Shown here: one piece after another, positions 11,022-22,315 of the stretch
Position numbering within the stretch: position 1 is the first letter of the stretch
Layout: each line of letters opens with the position of its first letter
NCBI GenBank assembly: GCA_965645245.1
Contig: OZ287078.1
Span: 1,240,001-1,304,000 of the forward strand
From: Massalongia carnosa
Lineage: Eukaryota
Direction of reading: 5' to 3'
DNA: 64,000 bases
Translations under genes and position numbers: made by a program
The notes under the pieces: model-generated
The model's input: the letters and a program-made list of their open reading frames with translations, nothing else
Databases searched by the model: none
Told to the model about the DNA's origin: nothing

Positions 11022-13745
11022 CTACCCAATCCGTTCTTCTGGTGCTTCAATCGTCTGCGACGAAGTCGGCGTGGGTGGGGAGTATTCGATGCTCGGACCC
11101 TTGTGGACGTCACCACCGTTCCATACGTTCGTCATCCGATCCATAGCGCCTCTGTCGCTCGAGCCCAGTAGCACCATCCCAGGCACCGCCGGGAGCGAAT
11201 CAGACTCCTCCGAGGCACTGCGCGCGGACGAGGATCCCCGGCCGAAAATGCCGTAGCGGGACGACGGCCGCGTGGATGAGGGGCTCGAGCGCGGGGTCTC
11301 GAGGTGGGCATAGCGCGCGAGGTTGGCGGTGGATTTGTCGACGACGGGCTGGAAGAACGCTGTCGAGTGCTGGGAGTAGGAGGGGGAGGGGGAGGAAGAG
11401 ACGCGGGAGAAAATGACAAGGCCGAGGCAAAGCAGGATTAGACCGAACTGGACGATAGCCATACGTTTCTGAAAAACAATCTCGTCGGCAAGGACGCTAA
11501 GACGGGTGCTGAGGGTAACAAGCTCGTGACGGGACTGGTTGCGTTGGGAGGCAAGCTCGAGCACGGTAGACTGCCAGATGTTGTCGTACTGAGCACGAAA
11601 GGCATGCACTTCGTCAAGTACGGTGCTGTTGAGGCTGGTAAGGAAGGCGGCCGTTTTGGCCAGTTGGCGTTTTTCGACGGCGGCGAAGGCATCGCGGAGG
11701 ATGCGGGATTGTTCTTCGATGTATTGAAGGGAGAGGGTAGAGTTGGACTCGAGGAGTTGGAGGCGTTTGTGCACGGATTTAAAGAAGGATTCTTGGGTGG
11801 TGGGGTTTGCGGCCGGGGGTTGGGTTGATGTGGTCGAGACTTTGATATTAGATTGTGGTATTGGACTCTCTTTGGCGTGGATGGAGGGCCCGGTACTACC
11901 TGCAACATGACTTGAACCTGATCTTACGGGAGCGTTTGGAACGGAATAATGGGCAGGCTGGGTGCTCTGTGGATTTGAAGTCGGCTTTCCACTAAGATTC
12001 TGGACCGAGTCAGACAGGTCTTCGATCTCCTTGGTAGACATCGGCGAGTGGCTAGTAGAGGCCAGGGTAGACGGAGTAGAGGTAAGAATCAAGTCCGGAT
12101 CATCAGTCAATGGGCACAACAGACCGTATTCGTTCAGATCTGCCACTACCGCCTCCAGACCCGAATTAGCACGAGCGTCAAAGTAAGTAGAGCTAGGTGT
12201 TGAAATATCTGCTCTTGGTGAATTCTTTGGGTGATCAAGCGCTGTTAAGACTTGCGAGAGGAAAAGAAGTCTTGTTACAGATGGCGCTGCCTCTGTCTCA
12301 GCGTGCTTCGCAGGCATCAAAAGATCCTCCTTGAGAGCGTCCGCAGTGATGACCCCAGAATCCGATTCTAAGCTCTCTCCCTCCTCCTCACCATTTTCAA
12401 CTTCGGTTTCTTCATCGCCTCTTACTCCCTTCATGTCGTGGTTAAACTCCTCCATCATCGTTGTACCGTGAACTCTGAGCAAACTAACGGGGCAGTAGTA
12501 TTCATTACCATAGTGGGCCAAAAACTCGACTCGCAAGTATCGCGCCCAAATTAGAGGAGACTCGATTAGGAAAGCTTGCACCTCACGACTGTTGCGTGCT
12601 TCGAAAGTCCCGAGCACTCTCCATTTATCAAGCTTCACAGGATATCGATCGGAAACACTGACTCTGAATGTGCGAAACATGGAGCTGAAGAATTCAAAGT
12701 TAGCCAAGACAACGGTGTCGACAAGAATGTCTTCACATAATTCCACGATGAAAAACTTGTTGTCCGCCGAGCACTTGTTAAGCATGTAGCTATCTTTGTT
12801 TTCAACAAGAACAGATGTTGATCCTTTAGACTCTTTATTGGTCTTCAGAACAGTGGCGGCACAGTCAAAAGATGCGTAGTTGAAACGCTCTTTGCAAGTT
12901 TTCCCTGCATCCTTCCCCCTGACATGGGAGCCCGAGGCGCCAGCTCCACGCTGGTTTTCAACCACTACAGCTTCTGCAGTTGCCCTTTCATTCTTTGCGA
13001 CGGCATTTGATGAGTTTACATCGTAGTTTGCCTTATCGGGTCCAACAAAGCCGCCGAAGTCGATCTCGATCTCGGTGTCTTCGCCAAGGGAGTCTAGAGC
13101 ATTGGTGATGCTCCCAGGTCGTTTTCTGGGCTCAGCCTTTGATGCCCCAGCTCTTTGACCAATGTTCGCAACAGACTGTCCAGCCTTGGCTAAATTCTGC
13201 TTCTTCCATTCCTCGAACGAGAGGAATTTAGCGTTATCGAGGGGTGAATCGGCTTCATTGTCCTGATCTACGTTTGGTGTGACCTCAGGTGTGACCTCTA
13301 GTCCTTGTAAGCCCTTGATGGTCTGTGGTGTCGAAACTGTGTTGTTCGTGTTATCTTTCGTGATCAAATTTTCGTCTGATGAGCTTTCGATACCATCGGA
13401 AGATGCAATGAGACTGGTTTCTGGGGAATGTATTGCCGTGATGATTCCTTCCACCGCAATTATAGTATTAGATGAAAGATCATCCCCGGTGGCATGCAGT
13501 TGATTCCCTTCTTGAGAGACGGGTATTAGCGGTGGAGTCCATGCAGTCTCCATGCATTGCGGTGGTAAAATTGCTGTAATATAGTTGACCGTACGAGTGG
13601 GACATTCTGACAGCGGAGACACTGGCCAGTTCAAATTTCCATGAGAGCTTATCGCCGGTGCTTGGGTAGCACGAGTGAAAGTGAACACAAAACATAGGAG
13701 CAGCGCCATTGCGGCGCGGAGACCGTTCTGGTTGATCTCCAACAT
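11022..13745 (-). CDS. SLP1: Mid-SUN (Sad1/UNC-like) domain ER membrane protein, Slp1 type
   Basis: 907 aa ORF; signal peptide; FLSFEEWKK, KERFNYASFDCAATVLK, ELCEDILVDTVVLANFEFFSS, HYGNEYYCPVSLLRVHG, QESFFKSVHKRL coiled coil, C-terminal TM helix. Confidence 0.92.
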   Translation of the reverse strand: MLEINQNGLRAAMALLLCFVFTFTRATQAPAISSHGNLNWPVSPLSECPTRTVNYITAILPPQCMETAWTPPLIPVSQEGNQLHATGDDLSSNTIIAVEGIITAIHSPETSLIASSDGIESSSDENLITKDNTNNTVSTPQTIKGLQGLEVTPEVTPNVDQDNEADSPLDNAKFLSFEEWKKQNLAKAGQSVANIGQRAGASKAEPRKRPGSITNALDSLGEDTEIEIDFGGFVGPDKANYDVNSSNAVAKNERATAEAVVVENQRGAGASGSHVRGKDAGKTCKERFNYASFDCAATVLKTNKESKGSTSVLVENKDSYMLNKCSADNKFFIVELCEDILVDTVVLANFEFFSSMFRTFRVSVSDRYPVKLDKWRVLGTFEARNSREVQAFLIESPLIWARYLRVEFLAHYGNEYYCPVSLLRVHGTTMMEEFNHDMKGVRGDEETEVENGEEEGESLESDSGVITADALKEDLLMPAKHAETEAAPSVTRLLFLSQVLTALDHPKNSPRADISTPSSTYFDARANSGLEAVVADLNEYGLLCPLTDDPDLILTSTPSTLASTSHSPMSTKEIEDLSDSVQNLSGKPTSNPQSTQPAHYSVPNAPVRSGSSHVAGSTGPSIHAKESPIPQSNIKVSTTSTQPPAANPTTQESFFKSVHKRLQLLESNSTLSLQYIEEQSRILRDAFAAVEKRQLAKTAAFLTSLNSTVLDEVHAFRAQYDNIWQSTVLELASQRNQSRHELVTLSTRLSVLADEIVFQKRMAIVQFGLILLCLGLVIFSRVSSSPSPSYSQHSTAFFQPVVDKSTANLARYAHLETPRSSPSSTRPSSRYGIFGRGSSSARSASEESDSLPAVPGMVLLGSSDRGAMDRMTNVWNGGDVHKGPSIEYSPPTPTSSQTIEAPEERIG

Positions 13746-14332
13746 TTCTTCCTCATTTTTATGAATAGAACAGCGTTCTCGGTCTTTGATTAATTGAATC
13801 GAGGCTCGGAAGGCTCCGAACCCTCACTAGCACCTTTGTGCAACTCGGAACTGGTGATCCGTCGAGGAAGTTAAGAGACCACGAATCCTCAAGGCGCAAA
13901 GGCAAGAGCGGCCGATGAACGGCACTTGCGTTTCTGTTTGCTTGCGCCAGCCGAATCCGGTTGATAAACGACCTCGTATTCGTACCTCAGCGGTCAATCA
14001 ATTTTCCGACACTTTCGACACCAGCTCGATCAGGGCTAGGCGTGTGCTGGGAGCACTGGCTGGGAGATACTCCGTACATATCAAGAAGTCGTAAAGTGTT
14101 CATTCATTATGTATTTCATTATGTATATTCGAGTTCTAGCCATTTATCTACCTAATGTAGTACATCGTATTGGAGCACCGAACGTAGCAATTTTTACCGA
14201 TGAAGCCGCATGCCACTAACAATTTAAGTAAAAACCTTCCCTCCTCCATTATGGAGGGGGCAATACTCACAGAATGCCAAACCCGAACTATGCACTTAAT
14301 GAAATACCTACACTTACAGAGAAATTCGATCT

Positions 14333-17300
14333 TCAGACATCGATTAACTTCTTCTGGCTTTGGGCCTTCTTCGCTCCCTCAATTAGCGTTTCCATATGGC
14401 CGCTCATCTCGCACATACCCCTGAAAGCCCCGCCTTCACGAGAGATTAACGTCGACGGAGAGTCATATTCTACCACCTCACCCTTATCTAAAACTAGCAC
14501 TTTGTCGTAATCGATGATCGTCTGCAGGCGATGCGCGATGGTAATGATAGTGCTTTCTTTCACTTCCCTTAGGGTCTCCTGGATCTTCCCGTCGGTCGCG
14601 TAGTCGATGGATGCAGTAGCTTCGTCCATAAGCAGAACTCGTGGCGACTTTAGCAGTGCGCGGGCTAAACATAGGAGTTGACGCTGTCCTTGCGATAGGT
14701 TGGAGCCAGATTCAGCAACAGGGGAGAGTAGATTGGTGAATATATTGACATTTTCCTGAGTGTCGGTGGTTTTCTTAGCCAGATTCAAGCCCGCGTCAGA
14801 CTCGTCGAATTCCGAGGGCGTAGATTTTGGGAAGGTTACTAAAGCCTCGATTTCATGTACTCCAGAGTCCGAAGACGTGACGGACAACGCACTGCCAATC
14901 AATTGAACGCGGCGCAGTGTATTAAAGATTTCTTCGTCAGTGAAGAGACCAAATGGATCTAGATTACTCCGGATCGTGCCTGTGAAGAGGGTGGGATCTT
15001 GTGGAACCATGGTGATTGCTTCTCTTAGATCCTGAAGCCCAATCAAACCAATATCAATATCGTCAATGAGGATTTTCCCTTCCTCCGCTTCTAAGCCCCG
15101 GAATAATGCCAAGGCAAGCGAGCTCTTGCCGGCACCTGTTCGGCCAACTATGCCCACCTTTTCGCCCGGACGGACAACGAATGTGACATTCTTAAGAACT
15201 GGTTCAAGATCAAGCCGATATCGTGTTGAGTAGTTGATGAAATGAATGGCCCCTTGGCTTGGCCAGTTGCCAGGAGGTCGAGTTTCCGGTATCACGGCTC
15301 TTGCCTCCTGGTCGATTTCTAAATATTCTTTGACTCTTTCAACAGAATTCATGTTCTGTTCATTTACAGAGTAAAGCCGTACAAGCCAGAGCACATTTTC
15401 CGTAAAAGTAATCGCATAAGACAGTGATAGACCAGCAGCACCAGCATCAATTTTCCCGACACTCAGGATCACGAAAGCACCAGCGAAAAATGCAACAAGA
15501 GCTCCAACAAGATCAACTCGCACCGCGAGCCATCTGTTGGCAGCCCATAGATAAAAAAAAGGTCTGTTGTGTGTATCAACACGAAGTTGGTTATCGCGAA
15601 TGAACCGCCTTTCGTCTCTATAAGCACGAATAGTAACTATGCCACTCAAAGTTTCCCCAAAGTGTTGATACAGGGGACTTCGTTGCACTGACTCTAACCG
15701 TTTGAGATCTCGAGACGACCTAATATAAAATGCACCTATTGCAAAGTAGAGCAACGTGATGAAGACACCAGGGACCAGAAAGCTCGGGGTGATAACACAG
15801 ATGAGGATGACGATACTAATGATCGACGAAGCACAACCAAGAAACCCGACGGAAACGGGTGCAACTTCTTGATCGATAGCCTCGATATCCTTGGAAAATC
15901 TATTCATCATTTGGCCCAGCGGTGTGGAATCAAAAAACTTAAATTTCGCTCGGGTAACGGATTCGAGGAGTCTTGAATGGATTTTCCATGAAGCTTTCAA
16001 GGATCCCCAGAAGACAAGGCCTTCGCGTGCGAAAGAGATGGCAAGATAAATCAGCGACAGCAATGCATATCCTCCAAGATAATACAAAACATCTACTTGG
16101 TCTGAAGGCGCGGTAGCGTTTGCAACTAAGGATGAGTTAAAGGTAGGAAGAATCCACGGATAGCTACCAGTTGACAAGTAGCTAGATGTAAATGTTTTGC
16201 TCATGCCACGAACATGAGTTGTTGTTAGCGGATTATATTGCAAGCTCACCGAGTCAACTCGATCAGTTTGATAGGAGTTGGCCCATTCACGAATCCAGAC
16301 GTTTGTTGCTATTGATCCAAGTTGCTGCGCTGCAAATATGAGAAATGTTAAGATCCAGTAGTACCATGGACCCATGGCAGCTAGATACATCTTGATAACG
16401 TCCATTTTCACTCCACCTTCAGCCTTGCTTTCAGCCATGGTATCTACAGTTTCAACAAAGCCGTTGGATTTGATTGGTTGCAGCTCCTCCAGCAGACTAA
16501 CATGGCCGTTGACTCCTTGCGTTGCGCCACTTATATCCAGAGTGGTTTCCTCAAATGGGCTGGCTTTCGGTTGTGTAGGAGAGTGTGTCCCTGTGCCGTA
16601 TTTGGATGTGGGGCTTGACTGCAGGATATCTTCTCCCAAAGCGCCAGAAGACATTACCTCATCGGGAGGTCCCTGAGCTATTATCTTGCCATTTATCAAG
16701 GTAACAACGTGATTCGCTCGTGGTACACAAAGCGAGATGTTGTGTGTTACAAGTATACATGTTCTATCTTTCATCAGGGGGCCTAAAATGCAGCGCTCGA
16801 AAAGATGTTTTGCAGTTTCGGAATCGACAGCACTAAGACAATCGTCTAAAAGTACGTGTCTGGAATTGCAGTAAATTGCTCTAGCCAGGGAAATACGTTG
16901 CTTTTGACCTCCAGACAATGTTATGCCTTTCTCCCCAACAAGGGTAGAATCCCCGTCAGCAAGTATTTCAAGGTCTCTCTCTAACGCACACGCAGCAATG
17001 ACTTTTTGGTAACGAGATTTGTCCCAGGGTGAAGCAAATAAGATGTTCTGTTTGATAGTGTCGTTTACAAGCCAAGCTTGTTGCGCACAGTAAGCAACAC
17101 TCTCAGTAAGGCCTGTGTTTGGGTTCCTCCTTAATTCCTCTCTGCTGCGCCCGCTCGGTAGGCTCACGGAGCCACGAAGCAGTCTCATTTCCCCCAACAG
17201 TGCCATTAGCAGAGATGTTTTCCCGCTCCCCGTTGGGCCCGCAATGATATTCAGCTTGCCTACATGAAATTGGATATCCAAATCGATCATTCGGAACGCT

Positions 17301-19482
17301 TTTGATCCGTCGTCGGTATGAGAGGCTCTACCGCCCCATGTAAACGTTGCTTTGCGAAACCCAATCGATGTTTCTTGGGCACTCTCTATATTATCTTGGA
17401 GTAGTTGGCTGTACTTTTCGGTCTCATCTTCGTTCAAAAACTCCTCGACTCGATCGACTGATACCTTAGACTCTTGAACATGAGCAAGCATATCAGCAAA
17501 CTGATCCAGCGGTACGCGAAGGATACCAAACAGAGAAAGTGCAGTAAATGCCACCGATGGCTTTAGAGGTTTCTTTTCGACCTTTGTATATAAAAGGAAT
17601 GAGAAGAATGTGATTAGAAGCGGCACCCCAAACCAGACGGTGGCAGCAAATGCCCAAAGGATATATCTATTACGGAGAGCACGTAACTCGATACTCCGCT
17701 TCTCGTTTACAATCTCTCCAAAGCGCCGCTCCCACGCAAAATATTTGATTATGCGAATATTTTGAAGAACTTCGTTTGTTGAATGTATGCGGGCATCTGT
17801 AGCAGCCATAATAATCTTCTGCTTGCGAGTAAAGCCTCTTGCGATGAAGAAGTTGAGCGGCATTACCAATATCAGAAGACCAATACTTGCAAGCGAACTG
17901 TATCCAAGTATTCGATAAAGAAGGACGACACATACTATGAGAAGGACAGGAGCGCTTACCCATAGGAAGTGGAGGTAGGCGCTAATTTCGCCTACTTTGA
18001 AAGAATCTACTGCCATCAAGTTGATGATAGTTCCAGCATTAACTTGAGAGTCTGCGGCAACTTTTGCTCGAGCGTTCTCCGTTTGCTGTTTTAAACCAGC
18101 CTGCTTCTTACGACCCATCGACATCAGTCTCTCTTTCATACTCTTCTTCAATTTCGGTTTGCCATCACCGCTTCTTTGGTCCTGGCCTAATATCGTGTCT
18201 GTACCTGCAGACGCTTTCCGCCTTAAAGCCTTAGCATATATCTCGCCGATGATGACCGCACGTAAGCGAATGCAAATCTTACGCCCCTTCCATAGTGCCT
18301 GACCATCGGTGACGGCTTGGACGCAGGTAGAAAATGTTAAGAGAAAAATGTAAAGCCATGCAGTGTTGACAGGTGTAACTTCAGGATCCTCAACGTACTC
18401 CAAGATTGCTTTGAGGAGAAGGGTAGGTACGAAAGTGAACAATGCTGATAAAAAGGCCCATGCAGCCTGAATCAAGAGGTCACGGCGGAAATATCTTAGA
18501 AGATGCCATGCTAATCGTGAGGTTTTCTTGAGCTGTCGAAAGTTTGCCAGAATCACGGCTGCTTTGTCTTTTGGGGCTAGATTCCATACATCAGCAAGTT
18601 CAAAGGTCTTCTTGTAGCCCTGCCAAACAATTGCATCCACCCAGCCAAACGTTGCAAGCGACAACAGGCTCGCCAAAGGCTCTTTTGACGGTTCGAGATT
18701 ATCTTCATGCTCCAGTATCACTCTCTTGTTTCCTTTCCTTGAAGTAACCGTAACCAGGACGAGAACACTCACTAGCACGAAATCTATGATGGTCAATAGC
18801 TGGGCTTTTCTCGAGCGCGGATATAAAATGGCGGATCGAAATAGAAGAACCGTAAACAGCCATTGTAAACTGTATAGTACAGCAGTATGGTTCCAGAGCC
18901 GGGGAACTCCGTCGAATCTAATGCTGGTAATTATAAACCTGCACACAGCGAGTGCACAAATATAACTCCAAACCGCAACCCCAGCAATGGCCGCAGATAT
19001 CCCGTATGGTCCCCAAGCTTGTGTCAATAGCGCTATCATATGTATAGCTACCTCCCCAAACACCGAGACTATTTCTAGCAACACGACATATGCTTCGCCC
19101 CTGGGCCGACTGATCTCCTTCGCACAATTGGGAGTGTGGACCGATGCCGAAACGGGGGTACCATATTCATTTCTCCCATTCGTGGATGGAACTTGATCAA
19201 CGATGCCATCATAATCAATCAAACGGCCAAGATTCGCACGAGGTCCCTTCAGGAGAGAATAACCCTTTCTCTGCTTTGCTGTGACAGCTCGTCGAACAAA
19301 TTGAATTAGAAGTATCAGGCAGGACGCCCCGGAGGCCACGAGAGGTAGTAAGAATTGAAGATACCTGTAGACGAACCGTCAATTAGCACCGAAATACAGC
19401 TAGGAGAGAATCCGACTGACTCGCGTTGAAAGCAACCAGCAAAGTCATCTCGCTTCCATATTCCACCACCACAGCCAAACAT
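14333..19482 (-). CDS. YBT1: ABCC/MRP-family ABC transporter, Ybt1-like vacuolar bile acid transporter; exon 1 19482-19421, exon 2 19364-14333
   Basis: TMD-NBD-TMD-NBD; GPTGSGKT / LSGGQKQR / LLDD and GRTGAGKS / LSQGQRQ / DEATAS. Short first exon MFGCGGGIWKRDDFAGCFQRE splices in frame. Orthology to YBT1 is inferred. Confidence 0.9.
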
Positions 19483-20431
19483 TTTAGAGCCACTTGGAGG
19501 GCTCTAAGGACCGCTCAGGAGAGGACAGCAACTTGAGGGGGCCTTTAGCTGAATTTATGTCACGTAATCTAGCAAAGCAGACGAACGATGATTGCTGCTC
19601 CAGGAGTGAACATCAATTCATACACCGAAGCTTGCGGGCTTTACAGTTTCTCTAGGGAAATTGTGAGAAAAAAGAGAGCTCCGGGGTGAAGTGGGGTGGC
19701 GCTATCAGTGTGGAGTTTAAAGAGTTTGGGTTTGCTAGAGTGGCAAGTCTAACGCCGTCATTTGGTTATAGCGGGGTTTTTTGGTACCTGGAAGTGCCTG
19801 TTTATTGGAAAGAAATATAGAATACCTAGCTAGTCTCCATCGCCTGTCTGTAGTCTGTAATGTAACTCGCTCTTTAGAGTATTCTGCACAGAGTAGAATA
19901 CCGGGAGATCATCACCAAGATCCTTTCTAACTTAGGCGGGGTTCGGTTCTTACGAACTCTAGACTAGGTACTCTTTTACCCTGTACGGTAACAAACTTTG
20001 ACTAGTCAGAGCAACGGTGATTGTACTTCACCGCCATAGGTAGTTCGTTGTTGCCACGAACGCCATCTGAGCAAGCTGAAGCTCAACCAACCAGCCTTCG
20101 CGTTCGACTTCTTGCACGGAGAGTCAGCTATCAGATACCCATTCTGACCATCCTGAGCAGCCTGACCATCCTGAGCGAAGCCTACTGGGGAAGAGATTAT
20201 GGGATGGCGTGTTATTGAAAGTAGTACAGAGCATGCAGTGTGCTTTTGGCGTTGGCACGAGAGGGCAACAAGCTTTGAAGTGTGATAGGCTAGCCTCAAT
20301 GCGTTTGGAGGATGGAATACCGGGTAGTTATGTCAGATGTACTTCTGTAGATAGATGTTATTGGTGATTGCGATTACCCAATTAGGCTAGCTTGCATTTT
20401 AGGAGTTCAGGTAAAATCTCTACAGATAGTA

Positions 20432-22124
20432 CGAAGGATGACGCTGAAAGTCCTTGCTAGCGTACATGAGACGTGCATTAGTGTTTATTAGCTTACAAGG
20501 GGAATACAGTACTAAAATAGTCTAGAAAATCTCGAATTGCTTCTGTTCTCTTCGTCAAAAAGACAGTACTACTACATCTAATATTCAGTAGAAGGTATTA
20601 ATCATCATCATTATCATGCCCAATGCACAGAGCAATAGTCTCACGATTGCACAAAGAATACAGGCTTTAGCGCTTGTAGAACACGGAATTGCGGCGAAAA
20701 TCGTGCAAGAAGTGACTGGAGTCTCCACAAGATCGATTTCAGCTCTCAAAATCAAAGCACGACAGCGTGGATATGATCCAGTTGTATCTCGTGTTTAAAA
20801 AGTAGAATACATAGAAGATGCACCTCGTTCAGGACGACCTAAAAGGTTACACCGGAGGTAGAGCAAGCTATATTCAATAATGTAGTGCAAGATCGAAATA
20901 GCAGAGAAAAATCATCAGCTATGATTGGCTTTGATCATAAACTCTCCTCCACTACTATACTTCGTACGCTTAAACAGAATGGGTTTCGCCCCTGTAAAAG
21001 CACGAAAAAGCCAGGTCTAGATTCGATCATGAAAGAGGCTCGTCTGCAATTTTGTTTGCGATATCAGCACTGGACTATTGATGATTGGAAGAACGTTATA
21101 TGGACTGACGAAACAAGCATTATATTGGGTTCTAGACGTGGAAGAAGACTTCAGTGGCGTACCTCGAAAGAAATGTATGCTAAAACTTGTATTCGACGTA
21201 GATGGAAAGGATGCTCCGAGTTTTTGTTTTGGGGATGTTTTTCGTACGATAAGAAAGGACCTTTTCATATCTGGAAAACAGAGACTGCAAAAGAGAAAAG
21301 AGAGGCTCAAATTGAGTTAGATAAACTCAATGAGACTTTAGAATCAGAAGCTAAAGAGAATTGGGAGTTAGAAACCAGCATGAGACGAATGAAGCTACGT
21401 AATCCAGGAGGTCGAAAACCTATATGGAAATGGGATAAAACACACGGTAAAGTCGTTCGAGATGGCAAGGGAGGTGTGGACTGGTATCGTTATCAAAAAC
21501 TCGTCTTAATTCCTAAGCTTCTTCCGTTTGCAAAAGAATGTATAATAGATCGACCAAACACTATCGTACAGGAAGACAAGGCCCCCAGTCACGCATCCAA
21601 ACATCAAAATCTGATCTTTATGGATTTCAACGTCATGCGTCTGTTATGGCCTGGAAATTCTCCTGATCTGAACATGATCGAGCCTTGTTGGTTCTGGATG
21701 AAGCGAAGAACCACTCGATTAGGTGCTCCGCGGACTCGTATTGAGGCTGAAAAGGCCTGGACAAAGTGCTGGACGGAGGAGTTGACGCAGAAAAGAATTC
21801 AGTCCTGGATTGAACGTATAAAGCGACATGTTGACGAGGTGATATTGTTGGACGGAGGTAACGAGTATAGAGAAGGTAGAGAGATCGGAGTCGTACGACC
21901 GTATAATAAAGAAGATCGCCGTTTTCGATATCATCGCGCTCATCTCAAAGAAAGTACTGACAGCGATGAATGTGAGTGATAAAGATGATAGAGGTGGTAA
22001 CTCTAAATAGCTTCATGCGATTATTCGATTGATTGATATGTATATCCATGCAAATATACCCATGTAAAGTGGCTTTTTTAGCTGCATATTTAGCGTTAGC
22101 AAGGACTTTCAGCGTCATCCTTCG
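20432..22124 (+). mobile_element. Full-length Tc1-like (DD34E) DNA transposon, 28 bp perfect TIRs, TA target-site duplication
   Basis: CGAAGGATGACGCTGAAAGTCCTTGCTA at 20432-20459 and its reverse complement at 22097-22124; TA at 20430-20431 and 22125-22126. Confidence 0.95.
20616..21979 (+). pseudogene. Tc1-family transposase with one stop (TAA 20796-20798) and one frameshift near 20845
   Basis: HTH N-terminus, DAPRSGRPK, IWTDETS, QEDKAPSH, WPGNSPDLNMIE; 34 residues counted between the second D and E. Confidence 0.9.
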
Positions 22125-22197
22125 TACGATCCCTTCTAAATATTGTGAGAACCCGGATGCGCGTAATGAATGCATGACAACATAATCAGGACTGTTT

Positions 22198-22315
22198 GTT
22201 GACCAGCCAATCAGCTTTTCCTGCGACCACAGTGGTAGTTGACCAGCCAGTTAGCTTACTACCCCGACCGACCAGACCCGACCGAACCAGACCCGATTGA
22301 CCAGACCCGATCGAT
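22198..22315. repeat. Short direct repeats: GTTGACCAGCCA.T.AGCTT twice and ACCAGACCCGA three times
   Basis: Directly visible at 22198, 22238 and 22271-22311. Confidence 0.7.
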
